Origin: an uncultured Gammaproteobacteria bacterium
GTDB taxonomy: Bacteria; Pseudomonadota; Gammaproteobacteria; Arenicellales; JAANXG01
Length of the DNA stretch: 51,350 nucleotides
Assembly: GCA_945787105.1 (NCBI GenBank)
Contig: CALZGZ010000225.1
Location: 1-51,350 of the forward strand
Direction of reading: 5' to 3'
The position numbers were made by a program, and so were the translations under genes. The notes below the pieces were generated by a model. It did no database searches. It saw nothing but the letters and a program-made list of their open reading frames with translations, and had not been told where the DNA came from. Below are positions 36,253 to 46,221 of this stretch, one piece after another. The stretch's first letter is position 1; each line of letters begins with the position of its first letter.

Positions 36253-39200
36253 ATGGCAGAGCTGCAATTTAAACGTAAGCGTAAACCGGACAAGCAACGG
36301 CGCTCGCGGACGATTGCGGCCATAACCCCGTCCGCCGTCACCAGCTTAAATAGTAGTACCACTCAACAGAACCTTGCCACGTCATACCGAAGCGGGCCTT
36401 ATTACAATCTTGGCGCACGCGCGATGACCTCGGGCAATCTTGCGCTGGCGCAGGACACCGAGCTGCAGTATGAGGAACTAAGCGAGCCGGCCGAAGCGCT
36501 GGAGTACCGTCTGCAAAACAGCGCCGAGGGCGACAGGCTGCGGGGTGGGCAACGCGATGAACTGGAACGTCGTTTCGGGCGTCCTCTCGGTCACATCCAG
36601 CTGCACCAGGGGCCGATCGCCAACAAACTGACCAGCGAGCTCGGCACTCGTGCGTTTGCCTGGCGCCAGCACATTTGGCTGGGTGAAGGTGAAGACAGCA
36701 AGGACACGCGGTTGCTGGCGCACGAAATCACCCATGTGGTGCAGCAGGGATACGCACCGCAAGCACCCGATCGCTTACCGATAGGTTTTTCCGCACCCGC
36801 CAACGATCCTTTCAACACAAGCCCCATGAACCGGGCTCCCGATCCACCAATTGCCGACTCCGGTGTAGCAGAGTCCGGCGCGACGCAAGCGGTGCATCCA
36901 GCGGTCGCATCAACCCCAGCGGCTCCGGTAGCGGCGGTACAGGGTTTTGATCTGCTGGATGCCGCGGCCGACATCGGTGGCGCGATTTACGATACGGCGG
37001 GCGATGCCGTCGAATTCGTCGGAGAGGTCGCTGAAGACATCGCCGACTGGGGCATTGACAGAGTCAAGGGTCTGCTGCGGGAAGTAATACCGGATTTTCT
37101 GCGTTTTTTTGAAAACGGCGGCATTACCGGCTTCATCAACGATATCGTCACGCGGGGGCTTGAGTCTCTGTTTACCGGCGTGCTGCGCACAATCAAGGAT
37201 GTTATCAACGTTGACGGCTTCGGCGCCGGCTTTACCGAGGCCGTGGCCTGGTTCGAAGCCATCGGCAGCGAAATGTCCGCCAATACCTGTGACGCGGTTC
37301 TGGGTCTCGCGAGCAATATCAGAGAGTTTTTCTCCGAAACATTCGGGCCGATCGTCAATGACATCAGCAATATCGCCTGTACAGTAAAGGGCTTCATCAG
37401 CGGCGCCGTGGACTCGCTGGTGATGCCGATCTGGGATTTCCTCAGGGAGATCGGCGGCGAGGTCTGGCAGGCCTTGCAGGCTGTGATCAGTGATATTGGC
37501 GACTTGATCGGCGACGCCAAGGAACTGCTCGGCCGGGCCTGGGATACGGCCAAAAGCTGGTTTGGTATCGAGGCCGAAGAGGGTGAAAGCGAGGGCGGCG
37601 GTATCTGGAACTGGGTCAAGGGCATAGCCGAGGATATCGGCCGCGGCATTTCGGACCTGGTGCAGCCGATTCTGGGCCCGATGCGCGATGTCGCCGGCGT
37701 GCTGTTGCTATTCGTGCCCGGTGGCCAGATTGTGGCGGTGATGCTGTTATGGCCGCGCCTGCGGCAGGCTTTCGACTGGATAAGCGGAGTCTGGGAAGAT
37801 CTCAACCTGATTGCTCGAATGCGCGAGTTCCTGGTGAATACCGTTTTTCCGTTCATGGAGGAAGTCGCGCTCGGCATGGCGCAGTCGATGCTCATCTTCG
37901 CGGAATTGCTGGTCAATGGCATGAGTAGCTTTGTCGGTTTCGTGCAGCGTATCGTCTCCGGCATCCCCGATATTTTAATGCCGTTCCGGCCGATAGTTAA
38001 TTTTTTCCTCGGTCTGGGACAAAAGATGCTGGGTTTCGCCCGTACCGGTATTCGCTATGTTTCGCGCCACCTGCGATCGATACTGCGCAGGTTGCTCGAG
38101 TTGCTGCAAATCCTGGGCCGCGTTCTGATGCGCTTGATTTCGATTGTTGTCAATCCCTTCGGCCTGGTGGGTTTCCTGGTAGGCACATTGTGGCAATTAC
38201 TGCCGGATTGCCTGAAAGCCCCGCTGATTAATTTCATTCTCGATATCATGATCGGTTTCGTGCGTCTGTTCCCGAACTCGGTCATGCTCGGGGTGTTGTG
38301 GCCGCTAGTGCAGAATGCGATCCTCGGTTTTCTGGAAACCGTGCGCGCACTGGAACTGAAACCCAAGGTCAGCCTTTCCAACAAGGTAGCCAATATTATC
38401 GCCGGTGGCAGCATCACGTTTATTATCGGGTATTTTCGCGGCATCATCGTCGGGTTGTGGAACACCATAGCCGGGCCGTTCCAGGCGATTGCCGCGGTAT
38501 TCGAATTGCCCGGCCAGATCCGGGAATTTCTCGGCAACCTCGGCATCAGTTTTTGCGAATTGATCAACCAGATTCGCTGCTTTGCCGGGCAGCTGGTCGG
38601 CCAGGTGTTCGGCAGCGTCGACAGTGTGATCGACGCAATCCGCGAATTTCTTTCCGACCCCGCGCGTATCCTGTCGTTGATCCAATGTGCGTTTCAGGCG
38701 CTGTCATCCGGTGCCAGTAAACTGGGGTCGCAGCTGGCCAAGCACATGATCAAGGTGTTTCAAGGCCCGGATGAGGAAATCGGCAACCAGCTCGGCCAGG
38801 TCACGGCCCAGGTGTTGATCCAGGTAGGCCTCGCCATTTTCACCGCCGGTGCCGGTAATGCCGTAGTTACTGGCACCGGCATTATTTCCAGAATCGCGAA
38901 TGTCCTGCGCACCGTGGGTCGGGCGATTCGGGGCATGATGCGCATGCTGCGCGGCTTGCTGGGACGACTTGTCCGCTTCCTGCGGGGAATCGCTTCTCGT
39001 TTCGGGCAGTCGGTGGCGCGCGGTGGTCGCAGCGTACTCGGCCGGCTGGGTGGATTCTTCCGACGCTTCACCCGCTGGTTGGCGCGAATCGGGCGACGCA
39101 TGTTCCGTGGGATACGACGCCGTTTCCGGTTATCTGCTGGGCAACGCATGCGCTGGAGGCTGTTCAATCAGGCGGTTAGCAACATGTTCAGAAGCCACCC

Positions 39201-40266
39201 AAGGGGTGTGCGCAAAGCAACATTGCGCAGAGAATATGCTGCGGTAAGGGCCCGATTTAGGGATGTCGCGAAATGGCCCGCCTTTATAACCAAACAGGGA
39301 CCCTCTTTCCGAGTATGGGCGAGAAGAGTTAAAAGCTTCAGGCCGCGACGAGCCGGCAGTCTGGTTAAGCGCGACGTCTTGATGGATGCGCGCTCGCGCG
39401 AAATCGCGGGTGCGCGGGCAGTCAGGCGGGAAGTACGGCAATTGAAACGCCGCGAGACCTATATCAGTACTCGCGAAGTCACTTCCGCGATCAACCCGAT
39501 CGATCGCGAATACGAACTGGAAACGCTGCGCACGAGACCGGTTAATGCCGAGCAGAGCTTCGACGTGACCATTCAGGCAACCAGGGACGAAACAATTCCG
39601 CAAAAATGGCCCCGTCGAAACGAAATTGTCAGACACACCGCCGGGCGCTCTGCCATTGCAGTAATTATGGAGGCTAAACGCATGACCTCGGCCTCGCCGT
39701 ATTCTGACAATGTCTACAATATCAAACAACATCGTCGCGGCAATGTGCGAAGCACAACCGGAAATTCGCTGTACATCAGGGGGCATATCATTCATGGATC
39801 GTTTGCTCACGGTGGTGCTAGCAACCTTACGCCTCTTACCCGAATTGCCAACAGCCGTATGCGAAGGACCGGTGAGCGAGCCGCTCTTTCCTCTATCAGG
39901 GAGCAGCGTCGTGATCGTCGAAGTCGCAACAAGGAACGAAAAGCTCGCGCGGTGCCCATTCGGTACGAAGTAACAACCAATAATCCCGGGAGCGGTACTC
40001 CTCCCAAGCGATTTATCGCGGGAAGCTGGCGCGGCTGTGGCTACGCAAGCGAAACTTCCCTGGTTTCCAAGGTCGTCATGAAGGTCTACAAGGCTAGATA
40101 TACAAATGACAGCTGGGACAACCGGGGTCAGCAAATTGGTGAAACTCATAACGTGGAGAATGTGCCTTATACCGGACACCACACCATGCACCAGGGACCA
40201 AAAGGACGAGGTTACCCGATTGGCTGGAAGGAGGCGGGCGGAAGCCCGAAAGACTGTGATGAGTAA
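36253..40266 (+). CDS. DUF4157 (eCIS core domain) polymorphic effector with a C-terminal DNA/RNA non-specific endonuclease-like tip
   Basis: RAFA...HIWLG...LLAHEITHVVQQ at about 36650-36747; long amphipathic helical region; tip YIRGHII...NLTPL...ANSRM. Confidence 0.85.
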   Translation: MAELQFKRKRKPDKQRRSRTIAAITPSAVTSLNSSTTQQNLATSYRSGPYYNLGARAMTSGNLALAQDTELQYEELSEPAEALEYRLQNSAEGDRLRGGQRDELERRFGRPLGHIQLHQGPIANKLTSELGTRAFAWRQHIWLGEGEDSKDTRLLAHEITHVVQQGYAPQAPDRLPIGFSAPANDPFNTSPMNRAPDPPIADSGVAESGATQAVHPAVASTPAAPVAAVQGFDLLDAAADIGGAIYDTAGDAVEFVGEVAEDIADWGIDRVKGLLREVIPDFLRFFENGGITGFINDIVTRGLESLFTGVLRTIKDVINVDGFGAGFTEAVAWFEAIGSEMSANTCDAVLGLASNIREFFSETFGPIVNDISNIACTVKGFISGAVDSLVMPIWDFLREIGGEVWQALQAVISDIGDLIGDAKELLGRAWDTAKSWFGIEAEEGESEGGGIWNWVKGIAEDIGRGISDLVQPILGPMRDVAGVLLLFVPGGQIVAVMLLWPRLRQAFDWISGVWEDLNLIARMREFLVNTVFPFMEEVALGMAQSMLIFAELLVNGMSSFVGFVQRIVSGIPDILMPFRPIVNFFLGLGQKMLGFARTGIRYVSRHLRSILRRLLELLQILGRVLMRLISIVVNPFGLVGFLVGTLWQLLPDCLKAPLINFILDIMIGFVRLFPNSVMLGVLWPLVQNAILGFLETVRALELKPKVSLSNKVANIIAGGSITFIIGYFRGIIVGLWNTIAGPFQAIAAVFELPGQIREFLGNLGISFCELINQIRCFAGQLVGQVFGSVDSVIDAIREFLSDPARILSLIQCAFQALSSGASKLGSQLAKHMIKVFQGPDEEIGNQLGQVTAQVLIQVGLAIFTAGAGNAVVTGTGIISRIANVLRTVGRAIRGMMRMLRGLLGRLVRFLRGIASRFGQSVARGGRSVLGRLGGFFRRFTRWLARIGRRMFRGIRRRFRLSAGQRMRWRLFNQAVSNMFRSHPRGVRKATLRREYAAVRARFRDVAKWPAFITKQGPSFRVWARRVKSFRPRRAGSLVKRDVLMDARSREIAGARAVRREVRQLKRRETYISTREVTSAINPIDREYELETLRTRPVNAEQSFDVTIQATRDETIPQKWPRRNEIVRHTAGRSAIAVIMEAKRMTSASPYSDNVYNIKQHRRGNVRSTTGNSLYIRGHIIHGSFAHGGASNLTPLTRIANSRMRRTGERAALSSIREQRRDRRSRNKERKARAVPIRYEVTTNNPGSGTPPKRFIAGSWRGCGYASETSLVSKVVMKVYKARYTNDSWDNRGQQIGETHNVENVPYTGHHTMHQGPKGRGYPIGWKEAGGSPKDCDE

Positions 40267-40271
40267 TTTGC

Positions 40272-43200
40272 ATGCACGCACTTAAACCCATAGATAAGAA
40301 AAAGAAGAAACCGGAGTCTTCCGGCAAAGTCTCTGCAGGCCATTACACGACCGGCAAAAAAAGTGCGGCGATCGGTGCCTCGGCTTTAAATAGAAAGACC
40401 GTTACCCTGGGCGCGGCTGTCCAGACCAAAGTCACCGTGGGCAAGGCGGGGGACCAGTACGAACGCGAAGCGGATTCGGTTGCCGACAAAGTGAGTAGCG
40501 GACAGAGCGCCGGGACAGTATCGCGCATACCGGCCGGAGGGCTTGGCGCTCAAAGAGCGGATGAAGAGCCTGCGCAAGCGAAGTTTGTTCAAAAGGAAAG
40601 CGAGGAAGGAGAAGAAAGCTCTTCACAGATGAGCGAGGACCTTCAGGAAAAATGTGACGGCTGTGAGGGCGAGGATACGGCTCAAGCGAAATCCGAACCG
40701 GGTGAATCCGAAGCAAAAAATGACATCGCAACTGAAGCCGATGAAGCCGTTCCGGCAAAGGGTGATAACCGCGCGAATGAGGTTAGTGTTCAAACGAAAA
40801 CCGACCAAACTGAGCAAACTGAGTCCAAAACTGAAAATGGACCCGCGGCTCAGGCCGACGAAGAGGTACAGGAAAAATGCGCCAGTTGCGAGACGGAGGA
40901 ACAAGACCAGTTAAAGCAACGGAGTGAAGAGGGTGATCAAGAGTCCGATTCCGTGCAGGCTAAGAGTGAACAACCTGATTCCGTAGTTCCTGACAATGCT
41001 CAAACAGACGTTGTGCAGCGTGACGCGGAAGATATGAATCAGGAAGAAGAGTCTGGAGATGATCGAGAGGAAGCCATAGCGACGGAAGATGATCCCGACT
41101 CTCCGGATTGCGACGAAGGACCAACCGATTCCTCTGAGGACGAGTCGGAAGAATCCGGGTCGGAAAGTGGGGAAGATCAAACGGGGGGCGGAACGGAGGC
41201 TGGTGGCGGTACTGGCGCGGAAGACTGTGGCGCCGAGGAATCCGGATCAAGCGACGAAGAACCTGAGGGCGGTCCGAGCACCGACCCCAACGCGGAGCAA
41301 TCCTGCGGTGGCGATGAAGGTGGCGCCGAAGAGCAAGGCGAATCCGAAGGCGAATCGGGTACCGAAGGTGGCGAACAGGGGATACCGGAAATAAACCCCG
41401 ATGCGGGACCGGCATGCTCCGACGAGGTCGCGGAACCGGAGGACACCAGCGGTGAAATTACCCAGGAAGATGTAGCCGCGAGCGAGAGCGGTGGAGGAGG
41501 AAGCGGTGAGGGAAGCAGTGGCGCTGAGGCCGGAGGTGGACAACAGGCAGACTGTCAGCTCGCAGAGGAACAACCGACAGCAGACGCTGGCGCTGAAGAA
41601 TCCGCAGGCACCGCACAATTAATGGACGACGAGCCCGCTAGCGTCCAGGCCGAAAGTGAGGAATCCGAAAGTAGCGCCGACGAAGGCGAGGCCCAGACTT
41701 CTGCCGCTTCGGTGTCGAGCCGTAGCGGCGGTAGCGAGCAAAGCGATTGCTCCGCCGCGGAGAGTGAAGCCACTGCGCAGATGAAGGCTAGTGCCGAGTC
41801 GCGCCAGGCGGATAGAAGCGATATTGCCGCCGCTGCAATTCGCAACCGCGGCGCCGGCGAAGCGCTGCAACCGGTTTTAAAGTCGAAGCTCGAGAACAGC
41901 CTGCAGGCGGACCTCGGGTCGGTGCGCGTTCACTCCGACGGCCAGGCGCAACTGGCGAACAGGGGGCTCAGGGCGAAGGCCTTCACCCACAAAAATCACA
42001 TCTGGCTGGGTGCCGGTCACTCCCAGTCCGACGAGAAATTGATGGCCCACGAAGTTACCCATACGGTGCAACAGGGTGCCGTTCAACAGGCCCCGGAGAT
42101 GGCTGCGGAGCGCTGCGAAAACGACCAGGACCGACAGGACGCGCAAACGGCGCCGGACAGCAACAAACCGGATAGCGCCGAGAAACAGGACCAGGCACCC
42201 GACGCAGAATCGGTGCAGCTCAGCCCGCTATCCGAAGAGCTGGAGCGCATATGGATCGATGAAGGCAAGGGTCCGTTCTTTGCCCGGTTGCGACGCTTGA
42301 ACGTCAGCGATGCCGACGTCAACAGCTTTGTCGGCACTTCGTTGGGAGGTGACGATCTGTGGTTGGCGCGTAATATTCTCGCGTATGGAGCCGAGGCAAA
42401 CTGGCCGATTCACCTGCGCGTCCAGCGGGAAATGAAGAACTGGGCCGACAGCGGCGGCAAGGCCGCGGTGTTCAATATTCTGCGCCGGGCCAATGGCAGC
42501 CAGGCCGATAATCTGCAATTGCAGTTAACGCTGTTCACAGAGTTCGCGACGCGACCCGATGATTTCTGGTTGAGTACCAACCTGCTGGCCTATGGCCGCG
42601 AATCCGAATGGCCGATTCATTTGCGGGTACAACGTGAAATGAAGGGCTGGGCGGACAGCGGCGGTAAGGCCGCGGTATTCAATATTCTGCGCCAGACCGG
42701 TGGCGGCGAAGCAGGCAACATAAGCTTGCGCGATACATTGAACCGTTTGTTTTTGGCACGACCGGACGACCACTGGTTGAGCACCAATTTAATGCTTCAC
42801 GGCAGGGAATCCGAATGGCCGATTCACTTACGGGTCGAACGGGAAATGAAAGGCTGGGCAGACACCGGTGGTAAAGCGGCCGTGTTCGAAATCTTGCGCG
42901 CCGCGAATGGTGCCGAGTCGGTTAACCTGCAGCTAAATTTGACGCTGAACGGCCTGTTTCTCACCCAGCCGAACGATCATTGGTTGAGCTTAACGCTGAT
43001 GATATATGGTCCCGAAGCGTCCTGGCCATTGGAAATAACCCTGGAATGGAAGCTGCGCAGTGGTGATAAACCGGGCTTTTACGCCGAACTCGATATGCTG
43101 GCTGCGTCGCGTGCCGGCGATGCAACGCTGCGAGGCGCCTTCAACAGTTTCGTCGCTAGTGCCTTGATTACATGGGCCGAGGCATTTCGCGCCGCCGCCA

Positions 43201-45593
43201 TACTCGAACTGGGCCCGGTCCGATCCTGGCCTACCGTGGTCAGAAATTTTTCCGACGGCCTGGATTCGGGCGACTTTTCGCTGACGGCAATACCGCCCGT
43301 GGGTGCGGAAAATCTGCGTCAGTTTTGTATTCGACAGGCAGGTGCGGCCGCCGAGGGCAGTGCTTTACCGGCCACCTATCGCTCCCGATTCAATGCCCTG
43401 TGGGATGCGGCGGCCTACTCGTCCTTTACCACCGACTTCAATCCGAGGCTCGACAGCAAGGGTCCGCGTAATCGCCGCGCCCGGGAAGTATTCAAGGCGT
43501 TGTATGCCGATGCGGCTGTCAGGGTGGGTTATGATTCGGATACGCCGTCAGGTTTCCGTCAATTGTGCGACACGTTGATGGGGCCGGAGGGAACCAATAT
43601 TATCGCCTCACCACGGCTGCAACGGCTGCGCACCCAGCTAAATCCTCCACCGGTTACCGCTTCGGGCACCGGTGATGCCGCCTATACCGGTTTGATTGGC
43701 CTGGTTTTGCCGGCTGCCCAGGCCCTGGACAGCGCGGACCGGCGCTACATTACCAGAAGTCATAGCTGGCGGCTGGCGGTGGACGCCAAGGTAGCAGGAA
43801 CTTCGGATGCCGTGACCGATGCTTTACGCGCCGATCTGTGGACCGTCGTGACCACCAGCCGGGCGCCCGCGGTACCGACCGCTACGCCTTCGCCGGCGCC
43901 TGTGACATCCGCCACTTCGGTGCCGGCGCCGACTCTGAGCCCGTCGCAGCGTTCTTGGATATCGGGGATCACCATGGTTCCACCGACATCTCCTGTCAAC
44001 GCCGAAAACGCCGAAGAAACGCTGGCCTTTCAGGTGCGCAGCGCCACCCGAAACCCGGGACTGACTGTGCGCAGGCACATGCAGGTCGAACCGGCCAGCT
44101 ACGTCATCAGCGGCCAGAACGACGAAACGCCGTGGCCGCGGGGAAGGCGTTCGCTGCCCCATAGCGCGGAAATCGACCCCGACGGCGGCACTACGGGCAG
44201 TCGAACCTTTACCGCGAGGCTGAACATGCCACCAGTCAGTTCCACGGATTTTCCCGAGGTTACAAGGACGGTCACGGTAAACGATAAGCGGCTCGACTGG
44301 TTTAAAAACGATATCGATATAGGCGCAGACTACAATGATGAAAATGAAGTTGACGCGATACCCTACAGTGGCTCGGTCCGCTATTTCGGTGGCCAGTTGC
44401 CGATAACGGTAAGGCCCAATCTCTCGCGGGCCAACCCGGGAATCGAATTGTTTATGGAAGGAACCATCAAAAAAGGAACCAATACGGTAAAAACCTTCAA
44501 CCGCACACCGTTCGGACGCAGCGACACCCAGCGCGAGCTGGGATTTCATATCGAACGGGAAGCCACGACGCCGCCACCGACGGAAGCGATGGAAATAGAA
44601 GTCAAATTCTATAAATCCAGTGGACCCGCGATCAAGACGGTGACACATCCCTTCACCGTCCAGCCGAGTATCTCGCGCTCGCTGACCGCGGATGCCAATC
44701 TTCTGACCGCCGATACCAATCGGTTAAAGCGGTCTAAAAACTCCGCGGGAAGCCTGCTGTATTATATGACGCACAATTTCCCGCCCGGCTCGCCCGAGTA
44801 TCGGGTCGGCAACGCGGTTGCCAGGGGAGCCATCCAGGTGGAGGCGGTAATTGTGCGCTCGGATTCCGCCTCCTGGCTGGCAATGCATGGAGGCAATCCC
44901 GCGACCCAGGTAGCCTATGCCTGCGGCAACCTGAGTAACCCGCGGGTATTGCGCGGGGCTCCCGGTGCTGCCGGTTGGCGCTGGAGCAGATTTCCCAATC
45001 ATGTATTCTTGAATTTGACGCCACGGGTCAATGCACCCGGTAACAAACGCCCGAACTCTCAGATGGCGAGCCTGCTCGCACACGAAGGCATTCATGCCCT
45101 CGATCGCGTAGAGCCCGGAGACTTTGGACGCTACGCGACCGAGTTTCGGGCTTACTGGGTCGGCGGATTGGGACGCGGCTTGTCGACCGCGCCGGATCCC
45201 ACGATGAGTGGCAGAGGCCCCAAGTCGCCACGGGCTCGGGAAATCTTCGAATTTATTTACAACCATCCGCTGTATTCGAGCTTTACCCGTGATAATTACG
45301 ACAGAAATATTAATCATTTTCGCGAACGCGTAAACAACATGCTGGTTCCCGATGGCATCAACCTGGTGTTGTCGACAAAACTGCAAGCATTGCGCAGCGA
45401 AATCGAAAGCTATAGCGGACCGGCGACTTTTTTCACCAAGCGCGTGGCTATTCTGACGAGATACGCAGCCTGTTCCCCCGACGAGAAACTTGAGGTCAGA
45501 AATAACAGGGCCTGGCGGGACCTGGTCGAGCAAATATTCACCCTGACGGCGCATCGAGTCATAATTAAAATCGATCTCAAAATTCATATTTAG
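40272..45593 (+). CDS. DUF4157 effector with an acidic N-terminus, 69-aa repeats and a C-terminal HExxH metallopeptidase-like domain
   Basis: QTKVTVG-AGDQYEREADSVADKV; AKAFTH...LMAHEVTHTVQQ; a second motif LLAHEGIH...TEFRAY. Confidence 0.85.
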   Translation: MHALKPIDKKKKKPESSGKVSAGHYTTGKKSAAIGASALNRKTVTLGAAVQTKVTVGKAGDQYEREADSVADKVSSGQSAGTVSRIPAGGLGAQRADEEPAQAKFVQKESEEGEESSSQMSEDLQEKCDGCEGEDTAQAKSEPGESEAKNDIATEADEAVPAKGDNRANEVSVQTKTDQTEQTESKTENGPAAQADEEVQEKCASCETEEQDQLKQRSEEGDQESDSVQAKSEQPDSVVPDNAQTDVVQRDAEDMNQEEESGDDREEAIATEDDPDSPDCDEGPTDSSEDESEESGSESGEDQTGGGTEAGGGTGAEDCGAEESGSSDEEPEGGPSTDPNAEQSCGGDEGGAEEQGESEGESGTEGGEQGIPEINPDAGPACSDEVAEPEDTSGEITQEDVAASESGGGGSGEGSSGAEAGGGQQADCQLAEEQPTADAGAEESAGTAQLMDDEPASVQAESEESESSADEGEAQTSAASVSSRSGGSEQSDCSAAESEATAQMKASAESRQADRSDIAAAAIRNRGAGEALQPVLKSKLENSLQADLGSVRVHSDGQAQLANRGLRAKAFTHKNHIWLGAGHSQSDEKLMAHEVTHTVQQGAVQQAPEMAAERCENDQDRQDAQTAPDSNKPDSAEKQDQAPDAESVQLSPLSEELERIWIDEGKGPFFARLRRLNVSDADVNSFVGTSLGGDDLWLARNILAYGAEANWPIHLRVQREMKNWADSGGKAAVFNILRRANGSQADNLQLQLTLFTEFATRPDDFWLSTNLLAYGRESEWPIHLRVQREMKGWADSGGKAAVFNILRQTGGGEAGNISLRDTLNRLFLARPDDHWLSTNLMLHGRESEWPIHLRVEREMKGWADTGGKAAVFEILRAANGAESVNLQLNLTLNGLFLTQPNDHWLSLTLMIYGPEASWPLEITLEWKLRSGDKPGFYAELDMLAASRAGDATLRGAFNSFVASALITWAEAFRAAAILELGPVRSWPTVVRNFSDGLDSGDFSLTAIPPVGAENLRQFCIRQAGAAAEGSALPATYRSRFNALWDAAAYSSFTTDFNPRLDSKGPRNRRAREVFKALYADAAVRVGYDSDTPSGFRQLCDTLMGPEGTNIIASPRLQRLRTQLNPPPVTASGTGDAAYTGLIGLVLPAAQALDSADRRYITRSHSWRLAVDAKVAGTSDAVTDALRADLWTVVTTSRAPAVPTATPSPAPVTSATSVPAPTLSPSQRSWISGITMVPPTSPVNAENAEETLAFQVRSATRNPGLTVRRHMQVEPASYVISGQNDETPWPRGRRSLPHSAEIDPDGGTTGSRTFTARLNMPPVSSTDFPEVTRTVTVNDKRLDWFKNDIDIGADYNDENEVDAIPYSGSVRYFGGQLPITVRPNLSRANPGIELFMEGTIKKGTNTVKTFNRTPFGRSDTQRELGFHIEREATTPPPTEAMEIEVKFYKSSGPAIKTVTHPFTVQPSISRSLTADANLLTADTNRLKRSKNSAGSLLYYMTHNFPPGSPEYRVGNAVARGAIQVEAVIVRSDSASWLAMHGGNPATQVAYACGNLSNPRVLRGAPGAAGWRWSRFPNHVFLNLTPRVNAPGNKRPNSQMASLLAHEGIHALDRVEPGDFGRYATEFRAYWVGGLGRGLSTAPDPTMSGRGPKSPRAREIFEFIYNHPLYSSFTRDNYDRNINHFRERVNNMLVPDGINLVLSTKLQALRSEIESYSGPATFFTKRVAILTRYAACSPDEKLEVRNNRAWRDLVEQIFTLTAHRVIIKIDLKIHI
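42402..43028 (+). repeat. 207-bp (69-aa) tandem coding repeat, three full units plus degenerate flanking units
   Basis: The Trp-Pro codons TGGCC start at 42402, 42609, 42816 and 43023. Unit: WPIHLRVxREMKxWADxGGKAAVFxILR...DxWLSxxLxxxGxE. Confidence 0.92.
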
Positions 45594-45602
45594 GATCATG
45601 GT

Positions 45603-46139
45603 ATGCAGAATGCTGCGAATAAATATTTTCGAATGGAGGTAACCATGATAAACAAGCCGTTGCCTGCGTCGCTTCAGAGATATATTGCCGTGGATGAATC
45701 GGTGGCTTTCGATGTGTTCGCCGATGCGGAGCCCGTGGATGTTTATTCGGATGAAAGTATTCTGTTGTTCGTACAGGAAACGCCGGATGTAACCATCCGC
45801 GTCAGTGCGGGTGAGACACTGTCGCTAAAAGGCTGGCGGGAGGATGCAAAACTTCATCGAGATGTGAAATTCGAGGACGAGCAGCCGGTGGTGCTGTCGG
45901 AACTACCTGGCAAACGCCAGGCGGTGTCTTACACGCGGCTCGGGGCCGAAGGATTTTATGCCGGGGACGACGGTAAGCTCGATGTGTTTGGTTCCGAGAC
46001 TGTTCGTCTGTGGGACGTCTGCCAGGAAGTACGTTTTGGAGAAAAAAACGTTTTGCAAAACTGGATCGTGCACGAGTCGAAGCGTGAGGAATATTTGCAG
46101 CTTGAGTCTCAGTTCTTTAATTCGCTGAGACTGGTTTGA
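45603..46139 (+). CDS. Hypothetical acidic protein, candidate immunity/chaperone (PsbP/DcrB-like C-terminal pattern)
   Basis: Starts 9 bp after the effector. C-terminal EEYLQLESQFFNSLRLV resembles Mog1p/PsbP-fold ends. Alternative start at 45646 (GGAGG SD). Confidence 0.55.
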   Translation: MQNAANKYFRMEVTMINKPLPASLQRYIAVDESVAFDVFADAEPVDVYSDESILLFVQETPDVTIRVSAGETLSLKGWREDAKLHRDVKFEDEQPVVLSELPGKRQAVSYTRLGAEGFYAGDDGKLDVFGSETVRLWDVCQEVRFGEKNVLQNWIVHESKREEYLQLESQFFNSLRLV

Positions 46140-46221
46140 ACGAGATACTGATGTCAGTATCCAGTCCCCTTTCAATTGGGGATGCAGTTAAAAATTTATT
46201 AGAACTTTAAAGGAGATAGCT

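Noticed and set aside
36987-37964. 325-aa antisense ORF
   Set aside because: S/P/T/I-rich translation typical of the reverse frame of an amphipathic helical protein.
39130-40281. 383-aa antisense ORF over the effector-1 tip
   Set aside because: It is the shadow of a motif-bearing + strand gene, with no recognisable domain or SD. An antisense immunity gene is not supported.
42402-43028. CRISPR-like or non-coding repeat array
   Set aside because: The period is 207 bp, in frame, with synonymous variation and no unique spacers; it is a protein repeat.
43824-45599. 274-aa and 291-aa antisense ORFs in effector 2
   Set aside because: Codon-bias shadows of a long GC-rich gene; no motifs.
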